From contig NC_086109.1 of assembly GCF_963921235.1 (NCBI RefSeq), positions 1,798,001-1,862,000 of the forward strand: 64,000 nucleotides of DNA. Reading direction: 5' to 3'. A model generated the notes under the pieces. That model made no database searches. It was given only the letters and a program-made list of their open reading frames with translations, and was not told where the DNA came from. A program made the translations under genes and the position numbers. Positions 62,680-64,000 of the stretch are shown one piece after another. How positions within the stretch are numbered: position 1 is the stretch's first letter; every line of letters begins with the position of its first letter. The stretch comes from Mobula hypostoma (Eukaryota).

Positions 62680-63160
62680 ACCTGTTCTACTTTGATAAAC
62701 CCGCATGGTGGTGGGGCGGATCGTGATGGGGCTACAGAGCTGGTGCAGACTCCTGGCCTTCACATGTGGCATAGTTCTTATGCCCGGTGGAGCTGTTCTC
62801 ACTGACAGGAGAAGAGGCAAAGGCACCTTCAAACCAGTTGCTCCGGGCAGACGGGGCTCGTTAGCCACGGATGGTAGCTCACCCAGGAGAGGGAAAACTC
62901 CGATTTCAAACCTCCGCTGCCTTGCGGCTATACCTGCTCATGGGAAAGGCTTTGGGAGTAAACCCCGAGGAAAAATCCGGAGTCGGAGTCCCGAAGGCGG
63001 CTGACTGCTGTATCCAACACCGGCACGGCAACTCCTGCTGTGCTGCTGGTACCAAGCCGTATCGACTTTCATTGTTCCTTTGGACCTATCATCAGCACGG
63101 AGAGGGGGCCCCACTGCATGGGCAACAGACAGATCTCCATATCAACTCTGCCCTGGTTTG
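62680..63160 (+). mobile_element. RTE-like 5' UTR / RTE-related SINE fragment
   Basis: GATGGTAGCTCACCCAGGAGAGGGAAAACTCCGATTTCAAACCTCCGCTGCC. Related short pieces at ~24720-24860 (-) and ~59690-59800. Confidence 0.45.
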
Positions 63161-63169
63161 CGCCCGGGA

Positions 63170-64000
63170 GAGGCTTCGCTTCATAGCGTCGGACAGTGAC
63201 TACCAGAGGCGCAAAACCCATGGTCGACCATGACCGTCAGAGGGCACACACACAATGGGAACCTGCAAGGAGAGAGCTGGAGAGATTAGAACGGCCCCGC
63301 TGCTGAATGGAATACAGACTCGGAGGATGAGGAAATGGGGGTGTGGTATATGCTGCCTTTTGCTAACTTTCCATTGATTGAAGAAGAGATTCCTAACGTT
63401 TCTCACGCTGAGTCAGGTGAAATCGGGTGGGGTTGGGGGTGTGCTTACCGTGGACAGACTGGATTTCAGTGGGACCATGAAAAGGATGAAGCGGGGCTCA
63501 GCAACATGTCAGAGAGGTCCGAGTTGCAGGAGGGCATGAGTGATAGACTGGGGGAGGCCTCACCACATAGACAGAAGTATCCCAGGGAGTGTCTGAACCT
63601 GAAGAAGTAGATGACAGGGTAAAGCGGTCTCAAAGAATGAGCAGACAACCAAATAGGCTGGCCTATGTCGCAGCAGGGGAACAGAATGTGGCACCTATCT
63701 CCTTGGGGAGCTGCGTCACTGCCATTTACACTTGGGTTGAGCTTTGTTCTTTGTATGAACGGGTGGCAAATTAACTCAATATCCTGAGAACAAGACTAAC
63801 TTCGGTGGGGGGAGAGTGTCTCACCCTGGGAAAGGGTTCACTGCTAACGTAATGGTCTTTCTGTAGAAGCAGTGTTTGGGTGATGGTCAGAGATAACGGG
63901 TGTTTTGGAATGAGAGACGTCTAATGAAGGGAGTGAGTTTTCGTGTTGTGTGCCTGACACCGGTGTGAGCTGGGTCTTTGGTTTGGTGGGAGATGAAGGG
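63170..64000 (+). mobile_element. Gypsy internal 3' end, polypurine tract and start of the 3' LTR (63817 onward)
   Basis: VKRSQRMSRQPNRLAY integrase-tail motif. PPT GGTGGGGGGAGAG directly followed by TGTCTCACCCTGGG. Confidence 0.7.

Overview
Eukaryotic, repeat-rich vertebrate DNA, most likely a cartilaginous fish (probably a ray). This is inferred from the repeat content: V-SINE/HE1-like SINEs, CR1, Rex1/Babar-like, RTE, Penelope, Hero-like, Gypsy and ERV remnants. There are no bacterial genes, CRISPR array or rRNA/tRNA genes. The host content appears to be a + strand cluster of CD2/SLAM/CEACAM-like Ig-superfamily receptors. First, the terminal exon of an upstream paralog (2826-2933) encodes an ITSM-type motif, TEYAAV. 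Second, a downstream gene can be assembled from splice signals: one signal-peptide exon (20517-20562); five tandem cysteine-less V-set exons, all phase 1-1, of two sequence types in the order A1, A2 (in-frame stop), B1, B2, A3 (30348-42292); no intact C2 exon; a transmembrane exon (48363-48515) followed by an in-frame degenerate duplicate; and candidate, apparently decayed, cytoplasmic exons. The V array was built by recent 2.1-kb and 3.6-kb duplications with chimeric junctions. One leader, several interchangeable V cassettes and one TM region is the most interesting architecture here. Other points are Penelope-derived minimal hammerhead-ribozyme motifs (about 9 copies, none fully canonical), an intronic antisense ERV env remnant, a Hero-like RLE retrotransposon with no frameshifts, and three roughly 30-bp minisatellites. 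All exon models and element family calls were made by eye. Boundaries of mobile elements are approximate, and nothing was checked against databases or transcript data.
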